Source: Candidatus Kuenenia stuttgartensis (lineage in GTDB: Bacteria > Planctomycetota > Planctomycetia > Pirellulales > UBA1268). From it: 64,000 bases of DNA. Within the stretch, counting starts at the first letter, position 1. Each line of letters starts with the position of its first letter. A program made the position numbers and the translations under genes. The stretch lies in contig CAMCQY010000001.1 of assembly GCA_945877135.1 (NCBI GenBank), positions 28,825 to 92,824 on the forward strand. The letters are read 5' to 3'. The notes under the pieces were generated by a model. The model was not told where the DNA came from and did no database searches. It was given only the letters and a program-made list of their open reading frames with translations. Below are positions 1 to 9,000 of this stretch, in pieces.

Positions 1-1
1 C

Positions 2-211
2 ACCCTCGGCGACGAAACGTTCACTGACGCAGCCGGCGTCAATCACGCCTGGCGGAGCGAACTGGCCGAGGCGATCATCGCGCGGCAGCAGCCTGACGGC
101 TCGTGGGTGAACTCAAACCCTCGTTGGATGGAGGGAGACCCCAACCTCGTCACCAGCTACACGCTCCTGGCCTTGGCCTCCTGCCTCCCCAAGCCCCCAG
201 CAGCACAGTAG
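2..211 (+). CDS. 3' fragment of a prenyltransferase/squalene-cyclase-repeat-like protein (5' end outside window)
   Basis: Frame 2 is open from the window edge to TAG at 209-211. The tail ...ARQQPDGSWVNSNPRWMEGDPNLVTSYTLLALASCL resembles the QxxDGSW-type repeat of alpha-alpha toroid prenyltransferase/terpene-cyclase-like proteins. Confidence 0.45.
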   Translation, partial: TLGDETFTDAAGVNHAWRSELAEAIIARQQPDGSWVNSNPRWMEGDPNLVTSYTLLALASCLPKPPAAQ

Positions 212-245
212 CGCCACGAGCAGGCATCGTGCCGATACCCCCTCC

Positions 246-440
246 CATGCAAGCCCGACGCGCAAGCGAGGGAATTCGCAACCCATCCCGCTGAGTGCAC
301 ACGCCTTCCCTTGCTTGCGCTGCGGGCTTGGATGGTCCACAGCCTCCATCCCATGCAAGCCCGCAGCGCAAGCGAGGGAATCCGCGACCCATCCCGCTGG
401 GTCCACACCCTTTCCCTTGCTTGCGCTGCGGGCTTGGATG
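246..440. repeat. Family-A intergenic hairpin repeat, two tandem 89-bp units
   Basis: Units lie at 246-334 and 352-440 (period 106 bp). Each runs CATGCAAGCCCG..GCGCAAGCGAGGGAAT, then a ~30-nt loop, then CCCTTGCTTGCGCTGCGGGCTTGGATG, so the two ~27-nt arms are reverse complements. The core recurs at 6 more loci. Confidence 0.9.
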
Positions 441-508
441 AACGCGGGCCGGGATCGGTGAAACTCTCCGAGCGACGGAAGCTTTGCCGTCCCGGCGGTG
501 TGGAGGCA

Positions 509-2437
509 TCAGGCCCCGCGGCTGGCCGCGATCTGACGGAGGTCGGCCTCGGCCTGCGGGAAATCGGCAATGATCCGCCGGAAATCCTCGGCGTCGAGCA
601 CCAGGAGATCGCAGTGGGCGACTGCGCGGACCGTGGCACTGCGGGGCTGGTTCAACAAGAGCGCCATCTCGCCAAAACACTCCCCCTCCCTGACGATCCC
701 CAACCGCTCGTCGGCCGCGCCCACCGCCTCCAAGACACCGCGACAGACAATGTAGAGATCGCATGTGGAGTCCCCACGCTCGACAACCGTTGCCCCTGCC
801 TCCACCGCGAGCGGCCGGAACGCCAGCACGAGCGTGTTGAGGAGCACGGTGGGCGCGTTGGCGAAGAACGCGCTGCGGCAGAGCACCTCCCGGCTCAGGC
901 ACTCGTGCCAGCAACGGCCGTCCCGCTCCAAGAGCGTGGTGGCTGCCCGCGGGCCCCAGGTGCCCGACTCGTAGTTGGGAAAGTCGCCGGCGGGCGTTTC
1001 GCTCCAGGCATCGAGCACCGGCTGCATGACCCGCCAGGAGGCCTCCACGAAATCGGTCCGCGAGAACAGCGTCGGATCGCCGTTGAGCGCGGTGTAAAGA
1101 AGCACCTCGTAGCCCGTGCCACGGGATGCCTCGAACGTGTCGGCGTAGTCGAACCGCATCCCGGCCCGCTGGAGCTGAAACGCCGGACCGGGCCGTTTGG
1201 CCTGCATGCGGATCTCGACACCCTGATAGGGCTGGATGTGGAAGATCAGCAGGTTCGATTCGGCCTGCCCTTTGAACTGCACGACGATCTCCGTGCCCCG
1301 TTTCCAGAGCGACTTTCCACTCCGCAGGTAGACCGGCATGCCGGCCCAGCGATCATTGTCGAGATGGAGCTTGATGGCCGCGAACGTCGGCGTGTTGGAG
1401 TGAGGATCGACATTGGGCTCCTCCCGGTAGCCGACCGCCGGTGTGCCGTCTGCCTTCACACCCCGGCCATACTGGCCGCGGACGCAGTCCCGCTCGACGT
1501 CGTCGGGGCCGGGCAGCCGCACCGCCTCGAGCAGCCGCGCTTTCGCATCGCGGACCACGTCGGGGTCGAGCGACTCCGGCGGCTCCATGCAGACATAGGC
1601 CATCATCTGCAGCAGATGGTTCTGCAGCATATCCCGGACCACGCCGGTCTTGTCGTAATACTGGCCGCGGGTCTCCACGCCGACGGTCTCGGTGGCAGTG
1701 ATCTGAATGTGGTCGATATGGTCGGCATTCCAGAGTGGGGCGAACATGGCGTTGGCCATCCGAAAGGCGATCAGGTTCTGCACCGTCTCCTTCCCCAGGT
1801 AGTGATCGATGCGATAGATCTCGTCCTCGCGCCACAGGGAGAGGAGCGACTGGTTCAACGTATGGGCGGAGGCCAAATCCTTGCCGAACGGCTTTTCAAC
1901 GATGATCCGCTTCCGCCCTGGCAGCCGCGTGAAGCCGGCGGCGGCGAGCTGCTGATTGACCAAGGCGAAAAAATCGGGCGAGATCGCCAGATAGAGGAGC
2001 GTGTTGTCGGCGGCGGCGGTGCCGGCCGTCACCTTCGCCACCAGCTCCCGCAGCCGCGCATACGCGGCCGGGTCGCCGAACTCGCCCGCCGTGTAATGCA
2101 GCCGCGACTCCAGCCACTGCCACCGCTGCTCGTCAAACGACCGCCGTGTGTGGAAGCGGGCGATCTCCTGCCGCTGCTGGCCTCGGAAGGTTTCGGTGGT
2201 CCCATCCCCGCGTGCCATGCCGACGACGGCGAAGGTGTCGGGCAGGAGTTCATCACACGCCAGGTTGTAGAGTGCCGGCATGAGCAGCCGTTTCGTCAGG
2301 TCGCCCGATGCGCCCAGGATGACGAGCACGCCGGCCGCCGCCACGTGCGACGCCTGTCCGCTTCTGACATCGATCGCCGCCTGATGGGATGACACAACGC
2401 GGGCTCCTCGGAGAACATTCGGAGGGACATTCGACAC
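509..2437 (-). CDS. zwf: Glucose-6-phosphate dehydrogenase fused to a C-terminal cyclic-nucleotide-binding (CAP-effector-like) domain
   Basis: G6PD hallmarks are LGASGDLTKRLLMPALY (NADP site), RIDHYLGKE and EKPFG. The last ~130 aa carry the cNMP-binding signature (GECFGEMALLLNQPRSATVRAV). The first codon at 2437 is GTG, so the exact start is uncertain (alternative GTG near 2344). Confidence 0.9.
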   Translation of the reverse strand: MSNVPPNVLRGARVVSSHQAAIDVRSGQASHVAAAGVLVILGASGDLTKRLLMPALYNLACDELLPDTFAVVGMARGDGTTETFRGQQRQEIARFHTRRSFDEQRWQWLESRLHYTAGEFGDPAAYARLRELVAKVTAGTAAADNTLLYLAISPDFFALVNQQLAAAGFTRLPGRKRIIVEKPFGKDLASAHTLNQSLLSLWREDEIYRIDHYLGKETVQNLIAFRMANAMFAPLWNADHIDHIQITATETVGVETRGQYYDKTGVVRDMLQNHLLQMMAYVCMEPPESLDPDVVRDAKARLLEAVRLPGPDDVERDCVRGQYGRGVKADGTPAVGYREEPNVDPHSNTPTFAAIKLHLDNDRWAGMPVYLRSGKSLWKRGTEIVVQFKGQAESNLLIFHIQPYQGVEIRMQAKRPGPAFQLQRAGMRFDYADTFEASRGTGYEVLLYTALNGDPTLFSRTDFVEASWRVMQPVLDAWSETPAGDFPNYESGTWGPRAATTLLERDGRCWHECLSREVLCRSAFFANAPTVLLNTLVLAFRPLAVEAGATVVERGDSTCDLYIVCRGVLEAVGAADERLGIVREGECFGEMALLLNQPRSATVRAVAHCDLLVLDAEDFRRIIADFPQAEADLRQIAASRGA

Positions 2438-2477
2438 ACGACTGCCGCAGCAGCATGATCGATCCTGCCCGCGGCGT

Positions 2478-3755
2478 TCAATCCTTCAGATCGAACAGCC
2501 GCTTGAGGGCGTCGAGGAGTCCATGCGGCGGGCCCGCGCGGCTCTCACTTCGCAGCGAGGCCAGCGGTGGATGGAGCAACTTCGCCGCATAGCGGTCGAA
2601 GGCCTGCCGGATCTCGGCCCGCGCGGCGTCGTCGAGCCCGGGCAGCCGCCGAAACAGCCGGTCGAGCTCCGCCTCGCCGGTCTCGCTCCAGCCCGCGCGG
2701 AGTCGCTCGATCACGGGTGCCGTCGAACGGTGGTGCAGATCGCCCATGAACCGCTGTGTTTCTTCGTCGATGATCGTGACCGCCGCCGGCAGCTCCCGCT
2801 GCCGGCTTTTCCGATTGGCGTTGCAGGCCGCGGCAAGATCATCCACTGAATAGAGCCAGACGCCCGGCCGCTGGCCGATCCGCGGATCGAAGTCCCGCGG
2901 CACGGCGAGGTCGAGCACGACAAGCGGCCGCCCGCCGCGTCGCAGCTCCACGTCCGCAAACAGTTGCGACGATACGACCGGCTCCGTCGCTCCCGTGGTG
3001 CTCACCACCAAGTCTGCGGCAGCGAGTTCCGCCGCCAGGTTCTCGAACCGGCCGGCGCGGGCGCCGAGCCTCGCTGCCAGGTCACCGGCCCGGCCGGCGG
3101 TGCGATTGACGATGATCACGTCGCGGGCACCGGCCTGCCGCAGGTAGCGGAGCGTCTCGGCCGCCATCTTGCCGGCGCCGATCAGCAGCACCCGCTTATC
3201 GTCAAACCGCTCGAACACACCGCTGGCGAAATCGGCGACGGCCACACTTGGAATCGAAATCCGCTCACGGCCGATGGCGGTCTCCGAGGCCACCCGCTTC
3301 GCAGTGCGCAGAGCGGCTTGGAACATCTCGCCCGTCAGCGGACCGGAGGTGCGGCTCTCCTGCGCCAGGCTCCACGCCTGCTTCACCTGTGCCACGATCT
3401 GCGGTTCGCCGAGCACCATGCTGTCGAGGCCGGCCGCCACGCTGAAGAGATGCCGAACCACCGCTTCGTCACGGTCGCCGGCGAGCACGGGCGTGAGCAG
3501 GCTGGCATCGATGCCACGGCACTCAGCCAGAAACGACACGAGTTGGTCGGGGGGGGGCGGCGGTCCATCGGCCTCGCCGCCGGCGGCGTAGAACTCGACC
3601 CGGTTGCAGGTTGAGAGCAGTACGCCCTCCCGCCCGGGAAACCGTTCTCGAAAACGCGTGAGCGCCTCGGCCGCCTGCTCGGCGGAGAAGGCCAGTCGCT
3701 CGCGGAGTGCCAAGGGCACCGTGCGATGGGTTCCGCCCACGAAGGCCAGCGTCAT
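2478..3755 (-). CDS. hemA: Glutamyl-tRNA reductase
   Basis: N-terminus has VGGTHRTVPLALRERLAF and LLSTCNRVEFY (catalytic Cys motif), followed by a Rossmann segment VLLIGAGKMA. The ATG at 3755 overlaps the upstream stop as ATGA. Confidence 0.95.
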   Translation of the reverse strand: MTLAFVGGTHRTVPLALRERLAFSAEQAAEALTRFRERFPGREGVLLSTCNRVEFYAAGGEADGPPPPPDQLVSFLAECRGIDASLLTPVLAGDRDEAVVRHLFSVAAGLDSMVLGEPQIVAQVKQAWSLAQESRTSGPLTGEMFQAALRTAKRVASETAIGRERISIPSVAVADFASGVFERFDDKRVLLIGAGKMAAETLRYLRQAGARDVIIVNRTAGRAGDLAARLGARAGRFENLAAELAAADLVVSTTGATEPVVSSQLFADVELRRGGRPLVVLDLAVPRDFDPRIGQRPGVWLYSVDDLAAACNANRKSRQRELPAAVTIIDEETQRFMGDLHHRSTAPVIERLRAGWSETGEAELDRLFRRLPGLDDAARAEIRQAFDRYAAKLLHPPLASLRSESRAGPPHGLLDALKRLFDLKD

Positions 3756-4660
3756 GGCGTGGCCTCCTGTTCAACCGCATGATGGTCGGTGGCATGCACC
3801 GTCGCAGGGTGCTCCGGCGGCACGCCGTGCCGCGTTGTTCCCAAGACGCCCCAGAGAATCGATGCCGTGAGGACCACAAAGCTGATCAGCGACAGCCGGG
3901 CGGACGTCCGCGGGCCGTCGGCCGTCCGGCTGGCGACCCGTGCCGCCACGGCCGCAGTCACCAGCCATGCCACCAGCCCCGCCATCCGCAGCACGACGGG
4001 GTCGGTCCAGGGCACTGTCTCCAGGAGTCCGCGTTGCCTATTGACGGCGTTGAGAACGATCCCTGAAAGGAACCCGGCGGCTGCCGTCCAGGCGGCGATG
4101 GTGAGGGTACGATCGGTCGTGTGGGCGAGGCGTTCGAGGCTCGGTAGGCGGAAGCTCCGCAGCGGCGGCTGCTTGCGGGCCAGCCGGTCTGCCTGAATCA
4201 GCCACAAGGCGCCCGCCAGCGCGCCGATGGCCACGGCCACGCTGGCCGCCAGATTGAAGATCCCGTGAATCGCTCCCCAAATCTGCGTGGCCGGACTCTG
4301 CGGAAAGGGAGCTTGGCTCGAGATCTGCGCGGCGCCGATGAGCCCCAGCACGACCGGCAGCATGAACAGCCCGACAGGCGTCCGCGGGTTGGCGATCGTG
4401 AGCCAGAGATAGCCGCCAGCCAACAGCCAGGCCGCCAGCAGGTACCAATCAAAGGCGCTCGATAGGGGCACCGCCTGCTCGGTGGTGGCCCGCCAGACGA
4501 GGAACAACGTGTGGGCGACCAGCCCGGCCAAGGCGAAGGCGATCATGGCAGCGCCCCGCACGCCCGAGCGGAAGAGCAGCCGGGAGGCCTCGCAGGCAAG
4601 CGCCACGGCGTAGCTCGCCGCGAAGCAGACGACGGAAATGCCCGACACGAATTCGATCAT
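3752..4660 (-). CDS. HemX/CcsA-family (cytochrome c assembly-like) integral membrane protein
   Basis: 302 aa and polytopic (about 8 hydrophobic helices). Its stop overlaps the hemA start by 4 nt, as in hemA-hemX arrangements. No WWD heme-handling motif is seen, so it is HemX-type rather than CcsA proper. Confidence 0.7.
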   Translation of the reverse strand: MIEFVSGISVVCFAASYAVALACEASRLLFRSGVRGAAMIAFALAGLVAHTLFLVWRATTEQAVPLSSAFDWYLLAAWLLAGGYLWLTIANPRTPVGLFMLPVVLGLIGAAQISSQAPFPQSPATQIWGAIHGIFNLAASVAVAIGALAGALWLIQADRLARKQPPLRSFRLPSLERLAHTTDRTLTIAAWTAAAGFLSGIVLNAVNRQRGLLETVPWTDPVVLRMAGLVAWLVTAAVAARVASRTADGPRTSARLSLISFVVLTASILWGVLGTTRHGVPPEHPATVHATDHHAVEQEATP

Positions 4661-4701
4661 GCTGCTCCCTGCGGTGAGTCGCCACGGTATTGTAGTCTGC
4701 C

Positions 4702-4792
4702 GGAAAAATGGGGACGGGGGCGAATTTCGTTACTGTATGAGTCCGATCCCTCACCGTTGCCATGCGAAATTCGCTCCCGTCCCCATTTTTCC
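4702..4792. repeat. 28-bp near-perfect inverted repeat (27/28) with 35-nt spacer
   Basis: Left arm GGAAAAATGGGGACGGGGGCGAATTTCG (4702-4729) is the reverse complement of CGAAATTCGCTCCCGTCCCCATTTTTCC (4765-4792). It lies in the divergent hemX-like/hemE intergenic region. Confidence 0.9.
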
Positions 4793-4812
4793 ATCCCCTG
4801 TCCGAGCACCCG

Positions 4813-5931
4813 ATGTCCGACTCCATCCTCCCAACCGATCCCACCCCATCCCATTCTGGCCGTTCCTCGCTGGCTCTGGACTCTGCTCACGGCGTGTCTA
4901 CAGCCGCTCGCCGGAGTCAGGCCCTGCTGATGCGGGCCTGCCGCCGCGAGCCGGTGGAACGCACGCCCGTGTGGCTGATGCGGCAGGCGGGCCGCTACCT
5001 GCCGGAATACCGCCGCGTGCGGGAACAGGTGGACTTCATGGGGCTGGTGAAGAATCCGCAGCTGTCGGCGGAGGTAATGATCGCCACGGTCGATCGGCTG
5101 GGCGTCGATGCGGCGATCATCTTCAGCGACCTGCTGCCGATCCTCGAGCCGATGGGCATGGATCTGGAATTCGCCGTGGGGGAGGGCCCCGTGATCCACA
5201 ACCCAATCCGGGAACCGGCCGACGTGCAACGGCTCCATGAGCTGGAGCATCTCGATCCGCTCGGCTACGTGATGGACGTCGTGCGGGCCACCCGCGCGGG
5301 GCTTGACGATTCCATTCCCGTGATCGGCTTCGCCGGTGCGCCATTCACGCTGGCCGGCTACTGCATCGAGGGGGGCACGAGCAAAGCCTGGCTCCATACC
5401 AAGACGCTCATGTATCGCCACGAGGCGGCCTGGCACGACATGATGGGCCGGATCGCCCGCGCCGTGAGCCGCTATCTCGTGGCGCAGCTCGATGCCGGCG
5501 CACAGCTCGTGCAGCTGTTCGACAGCTGGGTCGGCTGCCTCTCGCCCGCCGACTACGCCCGCTACGTGCTGCCCCACAGCCGCACGGCGATCCGCGAGGC
5601 GGCGCAGCGGGCGCCGGTGATCCACTTCGCCACCGGCAATCCCGCGCTCCTACCGCTCCTCGCCGAGGCGGGCGGCTCCGTGATCGGCATCGACTGGCGA
5701 ATCGAACTGGGCGACGCCTGGCGGATGGTCGGCGAGACCCGAGCCGTGCAGGGCAACCTCGATCCCGTGGTGCTCCTGGCCGACCGCGACACCGTCCGCC
5801 GGCAGACGCAGCACGTGCTGGACCAGGCTGCCGGACGACCAGGCCATATCTTCAACCTCGGCCACGGCGTTCTCCCCCAGACGCCTGTGGAAAACGTGCT
5901 GGAACTGATCGCGACGGTGAAGGGCCGGTAG
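4813..5931 (+). CDS. hemE: Uroporphyrinogen decarboxylase
   Basis: Motif PVWLMRQAGRYLPEYR, with family-typical length and C-terminus (NLGHGVLPQTP). I prefer the ATG at 4813 (MSDSIL) because the ATG at 4762 sits inside the inverted-repeat arm. Confidence 0.93.
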   Translation: MSDSILPTDPTPSHSGRSSLALDSAHGVSTAARRSQALLMRACRREPVERTPVWLMRQAGRYLPEYRRVREQVDFMGLVKNPQLSAEVMIATVDRLGVDAAIIFSDLLPILEPMGMDLEFAVGEGPVIHNPIREPADVQRLHELEHLDPLGYVMDVVRATRAGLDDSIPVIGFAGAPFTLAGYCIEGGTSKAWLHTKTLMYRHEAAWHDMMGRIARAVSRYLVAQLDAGAQLVQLFDSWVGCLSPADYARYVLPHSRTAIREAAQRAPVIHFATGNPALLPLLAEAGGSVIGIDWRIELGDAWRMVGETRAVQGNLDPVVLLADRDTVRRQTQHVLDQAAGRPGHIFNLGHGVLPQTPVENVLELIATVKGR

Positions 5932-6053
5932 CCGCCAAGAGGCCAGCCCCTCGCCAGATGAGGCCCCGGCGGGGTACAACAGCGTGTTGCGCGCAAAACG
6001 GCCCCGGTGCTGTTGCGTCGTGCGCAACCACTTTCCCCCCTGGTATGTGCCGC

Positions 6054-9000
6054 ATGACGAGCCTCGAAAAACGCCTGTTCAAACTGTTCGAGCCCGCTGA
6101 CGTCGCCACGGCGCGGGCGATCGTGCTCAAGCGGGTTTGGTGTCCGCGGGTCGGTCAGGTGCATGCGACCATCGACGGCGACGACGGCGAGACTCACCAG
6201 GTGCGGCTGGAACTCTCGGCCCGGCGCAAGGGAGGCATGTCGCTCGAAAGCCACTCCACAAGCCCGGTGGGGCGATCCGGCAAGCCGTGCGCACTGCTGG
6301 CCGCCGTGTTGCTCGAGATCGATCGCCGCGGACTGTTCTCGAACCTGCACGACCACACCCCACTGGCGCTCGACATCGTGCCGGCTGATGACCATGAAGA
6401 GCAGCCGGCCGAGGACGACACGAGCCCTGACGACGACGATTCGAATGCGGAACAAGGAGCCTCTCTCGTCACAGCGGTGCGGAACGTGTCACCCCCGGTG
6501 ACAACCCCAGCCGTCACGGGCAGCCGCGCGGGATCGACGCGACTGCCTGCCTGGGCGGCCGAACTCGACGAACGCCGACGGCTCGTCGAGCCGGCCGTGC
6601 GCGATCGCATGGTCACGATCACCGACAGCCGCAAGTCGGCCGGCGCGGTCATCTTTCTGCTCGATCTGGCCGCTTCGGCGGATGCCCGGGCAGCCGTGCT
6701 CGTCCCCGGGCGGATGCAGCTCGACGTGGCGGGCAACGCCACCGGCCGGCCCCGGCCCATCGTGATCGGCCCGGGGCAGGTGGAGCTCGACCAGCTCGAT
6801 GCCCAGGAGCGGTCGATCCTAGCGCAACTCGTCGGAGCCATCGCCGTCGGTGAACTTGGCGGCACCGAGCCGCTGGAGCGAAGGACGATCGCCCGCGTGG
6901 TGGTCAGCTCGCAATCGGCGGCCACGCATCTGGCGATGCTCTGTGAAACCGGCCGGCTCGTGCTGCAGCCCGAGCCGAGACGGAACCCTGACCTCGTCAT
7001 ACCCCTGGTGTGGGATGGCGGCCGTCCCTGGGAATTTGCGCTCGTACTCGAGCCCGACGACGTCGCGAGCACCCGCGCCGAGACCATCGCCGACTTGGCT
7101 GCCGAGGGTAAGCCGTTGCCGCGGCCCGGCAGGGCGACACTCCGCGGCATGCTCGTCCGCGGCAGTGAGCGGAAAGACCTGCGGACGCCTCGGGCGATCC
7201 TGCGGTCGGGGCTGATCGTGTTCGAGGATCGACTCGCCCGGCTGACCGTGGCCGGGACGGGCGGCTGGATGGAGCAGTTTGAACGACGCGGTCCGATCGA
7301 ATTCTCGGGCGCCCAGGTTGACGGCCTCATCGACAGACTGGCGATACTGGCCGATCTGCCACGGCTGGAGCTGCCGGGCTGGACGGGCTGGCGGATCGAG
7401 TCGGGGGCGGCCCGTCCCAAGCTCGTGCTCGACGACTCGCCCAGTGTCAGCCTCGATGCCGAAGAGGACGGGCTGCCGCCCGACGAGGACGACGGCGTTC
7501 GTGAGGTGAGGCCGACGCGGCGCCGTCCGACGCCTCGCGTTCAGCTCGCAGGCCGGATCTGGTTCGATTACGCCGGCATCCTGATTGCCGCAGACGAACC
7601 TGCTGGCGGCGCAACCGACCCCGCGCGACGGATCCTCGTGCGCCGCGACCGGGCCTCGGAGCGCGACGCGATCGCCATGCTGCCGCGGTATGGTGGCACG
7701 CCCCCACGGTTCGGCGATTCGGATGCGGCCGAAGTCGGTCACCACGTTGAGATCGCCCGCGCCCGACTCGACGCCTCCGTATCGCAACTGGCCGCGGCAG
7801 GCTGGACGGTGGAGGTTTCCGGCCGCCGCTACAGGCCGGCCGGCAGCGTGGCCTGGAACGTGACCAGTGGGATCGACTGGTTCGAACTTTCGGCAGCGAT
7901 CGACTTCGGCGGCGTCACGGCCGATCTCCCCGCGTTGCTCGAGGCGCTCGCCAAGGGAAGCCGCTCCGTCGAGCTGTCGGATGGTTCGCTGGGGATCCTG
8001 CCCGACTCGCTGGCGGCACAGATCGAGCCGATGGCGGTGCTCGCGCAGAAGCACGATGGCCGCCTGCGATATGGCCGGATCCAAATGGCGCTGCTCGATG
8101 CCCTGTTGGCAGGCCAGCCACAGTCGCATGTCGATGAGGCGTTCGAACGGATTCGCGACGAACTGTCCCGGGGAGAACGGCCCGAGGCCGAAGATGAGCC
8201 GGAGGGCTTCCAAGGAACGCTCCGACACTATCAGCGGGAGGGGCTCGGCTGGCTCTCGTTCCTGGAACGGATGGGGCTGGGCGGCTGCCTTGCCGACGAC
8301 ATGGGTCTCGGCAAGACGATCCAGGTGCTGGCGATGTTCGTTCGGCGGCAGACGCTGCTCACCGCCGGCGGCATCGCGCATCGCCCGTCGCTGGTCATCG
8401 TGCCGAAAAGCCTCGTATTCAACTGGATTGAGGAGGCCCGCAAGTTCGCGCCGTCGTTGCGGGTGCTCAACTACACGGGCAACGCCCGGGTCGACGAGGC
8501 AGGGTCGCTCGCAGACCACGACATCATTCTCACCACCTACGGCACCCTGCGGCGCGACATCATCAACCACCGCGAGATCGAGTTCGATTATGTCGTGCTC
8601 GACGAGGCGCAGTCGATCAAGAACGCCTCCAGTCAGGCGGCGAAGGCCTGCCGCCTCCTGCGGGCCCGCCATCGCCTAGCCCTCACCGGCACGCCGGTTG
8701 AAAACCACATCGGCGAACTCTGGAGCATCTTCGAGTTTCTCAATCCCGGCCAGCTCGGCAGCGCCACCCGGCTCAAGCGGTTTCTGGCCGGCGGCCGCAC
8801 GAGCTCCGAGGTGGTTGCACGGGCCGTCCGGCCCTACCTGCTGCGGCGGACCAAGAAGCAGGTGCTTTCCGACCTTCCAGAGAAGACCGAACAAACGCTG
8901 TTCTGCGAACTCGGCGAGGAGCAGCGGAAGGCCTACGACGAATTGCGCGAGCACTACCGCCTGGAACTCTCGGGCCGGATCGGCCGCATGGGCATCGGCC

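Noticed and set aside
103-914. ORFs running through the family-A repeats. They give recurring peptides such as PSPQRKQGK and SLACAAGLHG/LACAAGLD, and appear also at 18898-19234, 39512-39724, 56418-56786 and 60390-60607.
   Set aside because: The similarity is at the DNA level, in both orientations and in all frames, with hairpin symmetry. This pattern indicates a nucleotide repeat rather than a protein family.
311-2392. 693-aa + strand ORF antisense to zwf. Similar giant antisense ORFs occur at 44532-46967 (811 aa, opposite glnN), 39835-41535 (566 aa, opposite the TolC-like gene), 6819-8672 and 6194-7420 (opposite the SNF2 gene), 4657-5625 (opposite hemE) and 33647-35083.
   Set aside because: They are Arg/Gly/Pro/Ala/His-rich low-complexity translations with no recognisable motifs. 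Each lies opposite a gene with unambiguous family signatures. Stop-free antisense frames are expected at this GC content.
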